Positions 17,594 to 26,873 of a stretch of DNA of 64,000 nucleotides are shown here, piece after piece. The notes under the pieces were generated by a model. That model ran no database searches. It was not told where the DNA came from and worked only from the letters and a program-made list of their open reading frames with translations. The translations under genes were made by a program, and so were the position numbers. Every line of letters starts with the position of its first letter. The first letter of the stretch is position 1. This stretch comes from a virus. The stretch lies in IMG/VR virus record IMGVR_UViG_3300027762_000294, positions 1-64,000 of that record. One strand, written 5' to 3'.

Positions 17594-18232
17594 TTGTATA
17601 TGTATGACAGAGCAGAGCTTGCGTTATTCGGGCATAGTCATTATCGTCATCTGGATAAACCCTTTTTCTCATTAGGAGAGATATTAACTACTTGTTATTG
17701 GCGGGGTAGTGTTGAGGATGCCTTAAATAAGATTGACTCAGAAAACGTAATGTGCTTACCTGGACTAAAGTGGTATGTTAGTGTAGAGGGCGTTATTGAG
17801 TTAGCACATTCATCTTCAAATTTGCGGTTAAACCTCTTTGAATATCGCACTATGTCCAACGTAGATTCTCTAGGGGTTGAAATTATGTTGTGGGATATTT
17901 TTAAGAAAGCGTTCCCTTATTTCAAATTTGTCCTTCACCCGTCCCCCGAGATGGGATTACCTGACATAATGTGCTCGTATCAAGGAAAAGATGTTGTGGG
18001 GATTGTATTCCTGAAGCATCACCTTGACGCCTCTCTAGTGTTTTTTCGTGAAAAGGCAATCCGCGAGCGGTTTTCGGATATTGAGGTAGATAAGTTACAC
18101 TTATATGAAGCCTCTCTGGATTTTTACTTAACACAATACTTGAGAAATGTTGCGTTTGTCCTGTCTAAACGAATCAACATGAGTTACGATGAGTTTTTCA
18201 AAACCCATTTAAGATTGGAGGCAATATGTTAA
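17594..18232 (+). CDS. Hypothetical protein (possible BRO-like N-terminus and nuclease-like C-terminus)
   Basis: 212 aa; PFFSL.EI, YVSVEGVIELA..S and GLPDI patterns (weak). Confidence 0.6.
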   Translation: MYMYDRAELALFGHSHYRHLDKPFFSLGEILTTCYWRGSVEDALNKIDSENVMCLPGLKWYVSVEGVIELAHSSSNLRLNLFEYRTMSNVDSLGVEIMLWDIFKKAFPYFKFVLHPSPEMGLPDIMCSYQGKDVVGIVFLKHHLDASLVFFREKAIRERFSDIEVDKLHLYEASLDFYLTQYLRNVAFVLSKRINMSYDEFFKTHLRLEAIC

Positions 18233-18480
18233 ATTTTAAAACAAACGATGTTCGGTTGATTATGATTTCTATCCTGATAATGGTTGTGAGTTTTTTGTCT
18301 GCTATCTCAATACCCATATGGGTAGTTTTTTTTCTTGGAATAGTTTTAATTTTTGGTATGGCGATGGGTATGTTATTTATGGTAGAAAAACCCCATCCGG
18401 TAACACTCGGCGCTGTCATTACTGCGATGATGTTTGTAACAAACATGATTGTTTCATTACTAATCCCAGCCTTTAGTTAA
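18226..18480 (+). CDS. Membrane protein (about 3 TM helices)
   Basis: Almost entirely hydrophobic 84-aa ORF; GGAGG RBS. Confidence 0.75.
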   Translation: MLNFKTNDVRLIMISILIMVVSFLSAISIPIWVVFFLGIVLIFGMAMGMLFMVEKPHPVTLGAVITAMMFVTNMIVSLLIPAFS

Positions 18481-18519
18481 ACCCTTCAACTGCCGGCTTA
18501 AGCCGGCAGGAGGTAAAAT

Positions 18520-18873
18520 ATGTTAGAATTAGTGTTGCTTATTGCATTGCACGTTCCTGCCAACACGATATACGATACCCAAAATAACACGAATGCGCAA
18601 AATATGATCGCAATTCGTCGTATGATTGGAAAACTACACAGTTGTTTGAAGAATCCCAAATGTCCATATTTGCATCAAGCTAGATTGTTCAACATTTTTG
18701 ACGGTAACCCCACACCGACGTCATGGCGTGTGTTTGTGGCTTCTGCAACTAGGGGAGCCCCTAACAATTTGGTAAAGGCAATACGCAAATGTGATGAGTT
18801 AAAAGCCGAATATACCGGTTGTCTCAATGGAGGTGTGCAGCAATGCGACACATTGCAAAAAGGGCTCTACTAA
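18520..18873 (+). CDS. Putative exported Cys-rich protein
   Basis: Hydrophobic N-terminus, several Cys, AGGAGG RBS. Confidence 0.65.
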   Translation: MLELVLLIALHVPANTIYDTQNNTNAQNMIAIRRMIGKLHSCLKNPKCPYLHQARLFNIFDGNPTPTSWRVFVASATRGAPNNLVKAIRKCDELKAEYTGCLNGGVQQCDTLQKGLY

Positions 18874-19433
18874 TCTTCATCATTTTGCAAACATCTTGTA
18901 CGGTAGTTGTTTCAAATAAGGAACAGCTACCTCCTATAGAACCCTTGTATCAAGAGCATGTAGAATGTGTTTTTAACTCAATACAAGCGGTCCTTCCTAA
19001 TGTACGGGCAAGGATGGTTGTTGATGGTAGTGGACAAATGGGAAGTCAAGTAAGAGTAAATGAGCGCTTGATAATTATTAACCGGGGATTGATACACAAA
19101 CCCGTGAATCAGTTAGCCGGGGTTATAGCTCACGAATTTGCACATTTAGCCATGCGTGATGAAAAGTTCTTGTCCGATTACTCGGGTTTATATGGGCGTA
19201 GGTTAAATGAGTTGTGGGCTGACAAACTGGCTGTGATGATAGTTCAGTGGGCGGGGTTTGACCCTTATGGGCTTAGTGACTACATTACTAGCTGGGGTCC
19301 TGATTCAATCCCTGAATTCGCATCTACACATCCATCTAATATGAGGAGGGTACAGAATATACATTTTAAGATAGGGCAGGTTAAAGTGCCTGTTATTCGA
19401 CAACATAACTGCGGGAGCTTAAATGACTTTTGA
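18843..19433 (+). CDS. M48-family Zn metallopeptidase (putative lipoprotein)
   Basis: GGAGG RBS; MRHIAKRALLIFIILQTSC signal; LAGVIAHEFAH, ELWAD, AGFDP, STHP. Confidence 0.88.
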   Translation: MRHIAKRALLIFIILQTSCTVVVSNKEQLPPIEPLYQEHVECVFNSIQAVLPNVRARMVVDGSGQMGSQVRVNERLIIINRGLIHKPVNQLAGVIAHEFAHLAMRDEKFLSDYSGLYGRRLNELWADKLAVMIVQWAGFDPYGLSDYITSWGPDSIPEFASTHPSNMRRVQNIHFKIGQVKVPVIRQHNCGSLNDF

Positions 19434-19635
19434 ACAATTTCATTATTACAGTCACCTTTGGGTGACCGTATTTATACTTGTGGTAACCCTTTTTGGCGTT
19501 GGGAAGACGATTATAACAAGGAAAGAATATGTTTACCCACAATGGTTGGGTGTTGCAAATGGAATAGCGTCATTATATGCTATCGTTTTACTGTGGATGG
19601 CATTGCCTATGATAGCACAGGTTTATGGATTATGA
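19423..19635 (+). CDS. Small membrane protein (2 TM)
   Basis: Two hydrophobic segments; GGAG RBS. Confidence 0.65.
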   Translation: MTFEQFHYYSHLWVTVFILVVTLFGVGKTIITRKEYVYPQWLGVANGIASLYAIVLLWMALPMIAQVYGL

Positions 19636-20027
19636 TCTACAATAATCAAGAAACAGGGGGGAGATTTAAACTCACAGAACACCATAACTCGGGGGATATA
19701 AAGCCTGTCCAGATTTTTGACAACGGCTCCTTTAACATTTTAGGAGACCCCATAGAACCTGTATATGCCCAGGTTAGGGTATTTGTCCTGTTTACCCCAA
19801 GTTGGCAAGTAGACAGTTATAGTGCGCTACATGACCCTCAATCAGGATTGTTTTTCATGACAGAGCGGATGAGGTCTGTTGGAGATGGGACTAACAGCGC
19901 CTCTATATTTACCGCGGCTGTAAATGGGGAAGAGGTCATGCTTCAACCCTTACACTTTGATATACACGGATTTCTAATTTTAGGAGGAATAACCGATGAG
20001 CTATCAAGCGTTATCAGATTTAATTGA
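19632..20027 (+). CDS. Hypothetical protein
   Basis: ATG at 19632 overlaps the previous stop (ATGA); the track's upstream extension is likely spurious. Confidence 0.6.
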   Translation: MIYNNQETGGRFKLTEHHNSGDIKPVQIFDNGSFNILGDPIEPVYAQVRVFVLFTPSWQVDSYSALHDPQSGLFFMTERMRSVGDGTNSASIFTAAVNGEEVMLQPLHFDIHGFLILGGITDELSSVIRFN

Positions 20028-20175
20028 CCAACTTCTATACACCTTAACTGTGTTGATTGAACAATCGATTAGTTATGTTGATGAAGGTGAGCTCAATCTT
20101 GAGGATTTTAGACTGCTGCTGTTAGAGGGTCTTACAAATTTAAAGAATGATGTTAAGCGAGAGGTATTACAATGA
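19996..20175 (+). CDS. Small acidic hypothetical protein (59 aa, not in track)
   Basis: AGGAGG RBS; MSYQALSDLIDQLLY... Confidence 0.55.
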   Translation: MSYQALSDLIDQLLYTLTVLIEQSISYVDEGELNLEDFRLLLLEGLTNLKNDVKREVLQ

Positions 20176-20342
20176 CCCCCGCAACAGCTTACTTTATATT
20201 GGACGAAATAGACCAAGCGTATATAGAATTTTTAACAACTTACGATGAGGAATATCCATTACCTCCAGAGGTAATATGTACTTTGTTGTTAGAACCTCTT
20301 GACGAAGCTATAGATACTGTAAATCACTGGAATCTATCTTAA
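20172..20342 (+). CDS. Small acidic hypothetical protein (56 aa, not in track)
   Basis: ATGA overlap, GAGG RBS; MTPATAYFILDEIDQAY... Confidence 0.5.
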   Translation: MTPATAYFILDEIDQAYIEFLTTYDEEYPLPPEVICTLLLEPLDEAIDTVNHWNLS

Positions 20343-20416
20343 CATCATAACAATCCAGGAAAAGAAGAAATCATTCCCTTCCTTTCTTGGATTTTTTTTA
20401 AAAAGGATTAGGTAGA

Positions 20417-23400
20417 ATGAACTTTGAGATTAAAGTAAAAGGGGTGGGATCAAAGATAATCATTGATTCTACCAACCCAAAATGGAACCTCCTTAGTAGT
20501 CCCAAGTATACCCACCCAGCATACACATATAGACTTTTTAAGGCAAACGGGGAAAGCACATGCGATTTGTCGGTATTATTAACCTCTAATGACAAACTCT
20601 TGTTATACCGTTATTCTAAAGGCTTTGAAAGCAGTGTGTATGAAGGTGTTCATCCGGGTTTATATGCCGAGGTAGAAGCCAGAGTAGGATCTGTGCCCAC
20701 TATTAAGGTTGGGGAAACAATTTCAAAACCCGTAGGGGAGCCCTCCCATAACCATCAACTATTACATTGCCCAAACTCGATCCCTGAATCGGTGGTAGCG
20801 GATTTTAAGAAAAGAGGGGTTCCCTTAAGGTTGTTGGTTGAACTAGGGTATTATCTGATTGAGAAACGGCTTTATACACCTGCCTATATTATCGAAACGG
20901 GGGAGCTTTGTCCTTTTGTTTGTAGAGATCCTGGAAACGATAAACATCACAAACGTACTTTAAAAGGGAGTAAATTTGCGTCCTTTGCCTGGATAAAGTC
21001 TTCTGTTGAGGAGTGCGAAACCTTAATCGTTTGTGAGGGAATAATGACGGCTCTAGCAATTGCTAATTATTTTCCCAACCAACATGTAGTTTCAGTAGGA
21101 GCCCATAACAATTACCCTAACCTTATTAACGATACCGCTTTAAGTAGATATTTTCCTGAGGTAACCACGGTAGTCATAGTTCCCGATGTGGATTCTAATC
21201 ATCATTCAACGGATAGTATTTCTAAACTCACTATAAATTCAGAAAAAGTGAGACTGGCTATTTTTCCTATGAACCCGTCGACTTTGAAAGGGGATTTTGG
21301 TGATTTGAAAAGTAAGACTGCCCAGAGGGTTGCAGCTGCCTTGTTTGAGTTTATTGCCTTTGCATCAGGGAAAACTTTAGCAAACCGTCTTTACTATGAA
21401 CGTAAAGTCACACCTTGCACTTTGAATAACAACCCCGGGGATTTACCCATGATTCAAGGGAGCAAAACCACTTCGTTTTTAGAGCCCATGGGGTTTTTAA
21501 ATAATTTTTTAAGGTTAGGTCCCAAGTCATTCTATTGCGTTCCTCATCAATTAGTAGTGAGCTTAGAGCAACTAACTTCTTTAATTGAATCACCAGCAAC
21601 AATGATTCCTTATACCAGTGCATTAACCGATCTTATGGGAAACGAGCCTAAGGGTAGTGCCGTGTATAAAGAAGCACAAGCAGTTCTAGATAAAATCAAA
21701 AGATGGTCTACTGACACACTAATAAGTAACATACCTAATCATCCATTGCTTAGACTGGATATGTACGGTTTTGCATTTAAGAATGGGTACTTTATGCATG
21801 ATGGTAGCAATCATTGGTTTGTTACAGATAACAAAACACGTCCAGCTGCCGTGAATTTACGATACCCACCCATTCACTTAGAGTACGTTCCTGAAGCTAT
21901 CGACGACATAGCTAAACAAGAAGTTGAGTTTGTTTTGGGTCACTGTATGTGTGGAGGGAGTCGTAAGTCAAAAGAATCTGTGGCGCGTATGTTGAGGTCA
22001 TTGTTTTTTGGCAATGAAGACCATATAGCAACCCATGCAAGATCTATATATGTTGTTGAAGGCACGGGCGGGATTGGTAAATCGCAGCTAGGGTTATTAA
22101 TAAAATCAATGGACCCTTATGCGGGTGACATTAACCCCATGAGTGTGGCTTCTAAAAACAAGTCTCAATTTCATTTCACACATGAGGATGCGTTAAAATC
22201 AATAAAGATTTTAGATGATGCACCTCCTATATTTGGGGATGTTAGCTTTCTCAAAACCAGTGCTACCGGTGGTGAAATGCGAACAGAAGGCAAATTCCAG
22301 AATCCGGTATATGTAGAAACATGTGCCTCAATGGTATTTGTTTATAATGAAACTCCTAAATTTGACAATGACACTGGATTAGAGCGTCGGTTGAGATATG
22401 TAACATTAGAGGGAAAACGTAACAATTCGATTAAAGTAGATACTTTGGGAACGCTGTCTAAACACTTACCAGCCGTTTTCAACTGGATTTGCGAAAACAT
22501 CAACACCGTGGTGTCTGATGAGGATTTTTATCGCAGCACCAAAACAGAAGTTCCCGCTGATGTTATGGCGTTTGCAGAAGCCGTATTTACACCGTCATTT
22601 AATTCCAATCCGGCACTATCAACTTCTGAACTCATGTTTTTCAAACGAGTTTTCATTCAGGACGAGAACGAATGTAAAAAATTAAAGCCTAAGGAAAGGA
22701 CAACACTTTGGCAAAATACCAATCGCAAACAAGAACCTCAATATTCTCTATTCGACGGCTATAAGCGAACCTTAGGGTTGAAGAATAATATATCGCACAG
22801 TCAATTTGAAGATAAATTACGAATTGCTCTGTCGTATAGACAAGTACAACAACAGTTTTTGGGAGTTGAACCCACGCAGTCCCTGTATAATTACAGGGAA
22901 TTGTTTTTCACTGTAAACTCCAAAACTCAATATGTGCGAATGAGATTAGAGCAAATTCATGAAAACCCAGATGACCAGGATCCTGTAACACCACCTCCTG
23001 AAAAACAGAATAAGGATATCGTTCCTATAAATCAAGTGAGTCCCGTCCCACAAAAACCTGTTATTGATGGGTATTTCCAGGGAGAGGACAGTTTCTTAGA
23101 TATAGTTTGGCACCTTCAGAATTTTAAAGAGTGGGAGAGATCTGAAGATTTACTTTGGATTGTGTATAATCCAAACAAGGACAAAGAATTTGAAGGATTT
23201 TTAAAGACTAACTATCACGGGGATGAATTAACCAACTTACTTCGGTTGTTGAGAATGTATAGAGAGCCTCTTGTTGCTGTAAAATCAAACAACTTCCTCT
23301 CACCTGAATTACATACTGCTGTGTTGGATGACTTTGAATTCGCAACCCTCACGGATATGTTTCCTGAAAAATTATCTGAATTGAGTGATTTGAAAGATAA

Positions 23401-24589
23401 GGTCTTAAAAGCCAATCTCTTGTATGACCGCTGTTATGCACACTCGGATGTTAGTATTTTGAGTTTAGCCAATGACGCTGATAAAGCCGCAGCCCGGGAA
23501 TTATCGAATTACATAACACCCCCACATAAGAGAGCAAAGTTTATCCCTTTCTTGGATAGCCTTAAGTTAGATGTGTCCCCCACTTTTGAGGAGTTGCCAA
23601 CTGATGATGAGCATATGACGGTTTTGAAATTATATGCCCCATATGTGCCCAACACGGAAGAATATCTAATATCCCAAGGTCGTAAAGTTGATAATTTGGC
23701 ACGCCAACGGATCGACGATGTTGAGGGGGTAGTTTGTTTAAAGCCAACCGGAGAATCTCGTATTAACTTTGATGAAGTTCCTACACGGGTCACAAAGGGA
23801 CTTACCGGAGTTGCGCCGAATAGAGCAATTCATGGGATAATTGAGGATTGTATTCTCCCTCAACCTAAAGATATTACATTGATGTATCTTAGTGGTGAAT
23901 ACCCAACTGATAAAAATGCATATCCTGAAATTCCAGGTAATTGCCCTAATCCTTCTTCAACTCTATACATGCGCGGACCTCGCCCTATTGGAGATATTTG
24001 TGAAGCTGTTGGAGATGAATATCAACCCGAAAAAAGTGACCGGTTTTTTGATCCTATAAAGGAGCACGTTCCTTATATGAAAGCCGCTTATTTAGAAGCT
24101 AAGACTGTAACCAATACTATTGAAAATCCAGGTAAGTCGGCGATTGCTAAAATGGCAATTAGTGAGACAGCTTGTTATCACGGGTTAAGTTGGATGCATC
24201 ATAACGACCGACTTCGTGAGTTCATGATTTCATTGGCTGCCCCCTTCATCACTGCTCGTGAGGCATATAATCGTGGTGAATATGATCACCCGTTTCTTGT
24301 GGATTATGTGTATCCTTATGGTGAATTAACTGACAGTTTAGCCGAAGGGTTATTACAAAAGGAAGGGGAAGAATCTGTAGGGCAACTTATGGATATTTTG
24401 ACTGGATTTAACCAAGCCCAAGCCATGGCAAATAAGTTAGAATCAGAACCCCAGCGGTTTGAAAAAGTGGTAAGCGATCTTAAAGCTAAGGATTATTTTT
24501 GGAAACGTGCCAATTTCATATCTGGAAAAGGTAGACGCTTCAGAATCATCAACCATGTTAAGTATCTCGAAGGAGAACAAAATAAATGA
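20417..24589 (+). CDS. Primase-helicase (TOPRIM + D5-like SF3 helicase) with a long C-terminal extension
   Basis: LIVCEG.MTA, VPDVD and GDFGD (TOPRIM); AFKNG, Walker A GTGGIGKS, Walker B ILDD, EGKF, YNE.P and LERR (SF3). Confidence 0.85.
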   Translation: MNFEIKVKGVGSKIIIDSTNPKWNLLSSPKYTHPAYTYRLFKANGESTCDLSVLLTSNDKLLLYRYSKGFESSVYEGVHPGLYAEVEARVGSVPTIKVGETISKPVGEPSHNHQLLHCPNSIPESVVADFKKRGVPLRLLVELGYYLIEKRLYTPAYIIETGELCPFVCRDPGNDKHHKRTLKGSKFASFAWIKSSVEECETLIVCEGIMTALAIANYFPNQHVVSVGAHNNYPNLINDTALSRYFPEVTTVVIVPDVDSNHHSTDSISKLTINSEKVRLAIFPMNPSTLKGDFGDLKSKTAQRVAAALFEFIAFASGKTLANRLYYERKVTPCTLNNNPGDLPMIQGSKTTSFLEPMGFLNNFLRLGPKSFYCVPHQLVVSLEQLTSLIESPATMIPYTSALTDLMGNEPKGSAVYKEAQAVLDKIKRWSTDTLISNIPNHPLLRLDMYGFAFKNGYFMHDGSNHWFVTDNKTRPAAVNLRYPPIHLEYVPEAIDDIAKQEVEFVLGHCMCGGSRKSKESVARMLRSLFFGNEDHIATHARSIYVVEGTGGIGKSQLGLLIKSMDPYAGDINPMSVASKNKSQFHFTHEDALKSIKILDDAPPIFGDVSFLKTSATGGEMRTEGKFQNPVYVETCASMVFVYNETPKFDNDTGLERRLRYVTLEGKRNNSIKVDTLGTLSKHLPAVFNWICENINTVVSDEDFYRSTKTEVPADVMAFAEAVFTPSFNSNPALSTSELMFFKRVFIQDENECKKLKPKERTTLWQNTNRKQEPQYSLFDGYKRTLGLKNNISHSQFEDKLRIALSYRQVQQQFLGVEPTQSLYNYRELFFTVNSKTQYVRMRLEQIHENPDDQDPVTPPPEKQNKDIVPINQVSPVPQKPVIDGYFQGEDSFLDIVWHLQNFKEWERSEDLLWIVYNPNKDKEFEGFLKTNYHGDELTNLLRLLRMYREPLVAVKSNNFLSPELHTAVLDDFEFATLTDMFPEKLSELSDLKDKVLKANLLYDRCYAHSDVSILSLANDADKAAARELSNYITPPHKRAKFIPFLDSLKLDVSPTFEELPTDDEHMTVLKLYAPYVPNTEEYLISQGRKVDNLARQRIDDVEGVVCLKPTGESRINFDEVPTRVTKGLTGVAPNRAIHGIIEDCILPQPKDITLMYLSGEYPTDKNAYPEIPGNCPNPSSTLYMRGPRPIGDICEAVGDEYQPEKSDRFFDPIKEHVPYMKAAYLEAKTVTNTIENPGKSAIAKMAISETACYHGLSWMHHNDRLREFMISLAAPFITAREAYNRGEYDHPFLVDYVYPYGELTDSLAEGLLQKEGEESVGQLMDILTGFNQAQAMANKLESEPQRFEKVVSDLKAKDYFWKRANFISGKGRRFRIINHVKYLEGEQNK

Positions 24590-25071
24590 GCTTATTCCCA
24601 GAATTCGGTTTGACTGTTCAGACCGTTGAACCCACAACTAAAAGTTCATCTGAAGATGACGGGAAGCCCACTAAATCGGGGAAGAACAAAGATTTGTTTG
24701 ACGGGGGATTTTCAAACATGAACCTAATTCAAGAAGAAGAGAATACAGGGGACTTTCCACTATATACTTACGATCCTGATAAACAATTCAAACACCCTTG
24801 TAATTGTGTGGAGATAACGTTTGAGAATCAGGTGTTTAATTGGGCATCTCCTAGTAATAAAAAGGTAGGGGTTGATTTTTCTAAAGGTGCTACACGCACA
24901 ATACGGTTAACCCTGCCCAGCGAGGTCCCTATTGTTATACCTGAATCTGAGGATATTCGTGAAGTATTAGATCATGGGGTGCCTGATCTTTACCTTAGCA
25001 AACCCACTCTTGTATCTAAGGGTAAAGAATCACGTCGTAACATCCGGGGAGATTTAAGTAATTATGAGTAG
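24586..25071 (+). CDS. Hypothetical protein
   Basis: 161-aa ORF, AAGGAG RBS, overlapping both neighbours. Confidence 0.7.
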   Translation: MSLFPEFGLTVQTVEPTTKSSSEDDGKPTKSGKNKDLFDGGFSNMNLIQEEENTGDFPLYTYDPDKQFKHPCNCVEITFENQVFNWASPSNKKVGVDFSKGATRTIRLTLPSEVPIVIPESEDIREVLDHGVPDLYLSKPTLVSKGKESRRNIRGDLSNYE

Positions 25072-26824
25072 AGTAGTGTTATATGACATTGAGGTGTTTC
25101 CTAACGCCGCGTTTATGGTATTTTGTATTGACGGGGTGTATTATTACCGAGACTTACTTAAACTGACTCACGACGATCATTTTTTCAAATATGCAATGTG
25201 TCCAATGACAACATATTTAGGGTATAACTCGTTTCATTATGATAACATTGTGATCAACCGAGTTGTTGGAAAAGGTTTAACTTACTCACAGATCAAGGAA
25301 TTGAGTGACTCCATTATTAAGGGTAATTTTAAGGATGAGAATTACCTGTTATTAGGAGGTGAGAAATTCACCAATGTAGCTGACTTTGCAGCGGTTATGA
25401 GATTACAACAAGTTTTTGGAAAAAAACGGTATCCTATCGGATTAAAAACAGTAGCGGAACTTGAACTCGGTCTCATTTATGACAGTCCTTTGAGTTTCAA
25501 CTCTTTAATTGAAACAGAGAGCCATAAAAGAGCTGCAATCACATATTGCTACACGGATGTTAAAGTGATGTATGAGATATTAGCAGGTAAAGGGGATTTG
25601 TTAGCACAAAATCTGTTTTGGTTTATGAAAACCAAAGGCGAAAATGCGTGGCTAAAACATAATGCTGGAATTACAAATAACCTATTTAGAAATGAATTGA
25701 AAAAGCCCAATTCATTAAGAGCTAATCCTAATGAAAATCTCCTGATTCCTTTGCCAGGTGTAAATTCAGTATTGGGCAAGGCAATATTGAACAATGGGTT
25801 GAAAAAGGATATTGAATTACCGGTACCATATGGGGTTTTAATGTTTGGGGTGGGCGGGGTTCATTTAAATTATACACAACCCATTTGTTTTAACGGGCGA
25901 ATTTTAGTAGCGGATATCAAAAGTTTTTACCCGTCTATGTTAGTACACCTCAGAAGCATGCCTGGGGGCTTGACTGCATTTGTGAAAATTTTAGGGGAGA
26001 TGCTTGATCATAAACGAAGCGCCGAGATGAGCATTCCCAAAAAATCAACAGAATTTCAAAAGTTGGTTGTGAATTCTGCGTACGGTTTGTTGTTAGATAA
26101 GAACTCGGTAATTTTTTCTGTAGGTACCGCTAACAATATGATTTTTTGTTGTTTCTTATTAGTTGCGGAGGTGTTTTCAGATTTGACAGACGCGGGTTAC
26201 CCTCCTATTTATGTAAATACGGACGGCTTTTTCATTCCTAGTCGGGGGGTTCGTGATGACGTTTATATTAAACAAGTTATTAAAAGCACTTGTGAACGAT
26301 TAACAGGGAAGGACGCAATTCAATGGAGTTACAAAACCTACAAAGGAGGTTACATAAAGGACACGTCTAATTACATTTTGAACACTCAAGAAGAACATTG
26401 GGCATTTGTTGCTAAAGGGTGTTTTGAAGGACCTAGTGTTTACCGATTGAATGGCAAGTGGCTTAACTTGTTAGCTGTAAATAATTTTCCCGGGGAGGTT
26501 ACCGGGGAAAAACTGAAGGCGTTTTTTCTAGGGAATCCAAAAGAGCGATATAAATACTTTGTGCGTCAAGCAAATGCTGACTGGTTTGGCAATGGTAATG
26601 AATCAAAAACGTATATCTTTACTAAGAGTACCGATTTAGTAACATCTATTAGGAGAACACAAAAGGGGATCCAGAGAATTACTAATTGGGTTTTGCAAGG
26701 TGCCGTTCCTTTAGGAAAAATTGATTTTACAGGGTATGCCGACTTGCCTATCGACTTCGATCGTTATGCAAAGGAAGTTAATGATTTAGTTGATAGAGAA
26801 AATTTAATATACCTTGATTGGTGA
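25064..26824 (+). CDS. Family B DNA polymerase with 3'-5' exonuclease
   Basis: Exo motifs YDIEVF, GYNSFHYD, YCYTDV; polymerase motifs DIKSFYPS, KLVVNSAYG, NTDG. Confidence 0.92.
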   Translation: MSRVVLYDIEVFPNAAFMVFCIDGVYYYRDLLKLTHDDHFFKYAMCPMTTYLGYNSFHYDNIVINRVVGKGLTYSQIKELSDSIIKGNFKDENYLLLGGEKFTNVADFAAVMRLQQVFGKKRYPIGLKTVAELELGLIYDSPLSFNSLIETESHKRAAITYCYTDVKVMYEILAGKGDLLAQNLFWFMKTKGENAWLKHNAGITNNLFRNELKKPNSLRANPNENLLIPLPGVNSVLGKAILNNGLKKDIELPVPYGVLMFGVGGVHLNYTQPICFNGRILVADIKSFYPSMLVHLRSMPGGLTAFVKILGEMLDHKRSAEMSIPKKSTEFQKLVVNSAYGLLLDKNSVIFSVGTANNMIFCCFLLVAEVFSDLTDAGYPPIYVNTDGFFIPSRGVRDDVYIKQVIKSTCERLTGKDAIQWSYKTYKGGYIKDTSNYILNTQEEHWAFVAKGCFEGPSVYRLNGKWLNLLAVNNFPGEVTGEKLKAFFLGNPKERYKYFVRQANADWFGNGNESKTYIFTKSTDLVTSIRRTQKGIQRITNWVLQGAVPLGKIDFTGYADLPIDFDRYAKEVNDLVDRENLIYLDW

Positions 26825-26873
26825 AATGTAAATTTACTCCTTCCTGGATTATTTTTTTTTTGTTATTATTAAT

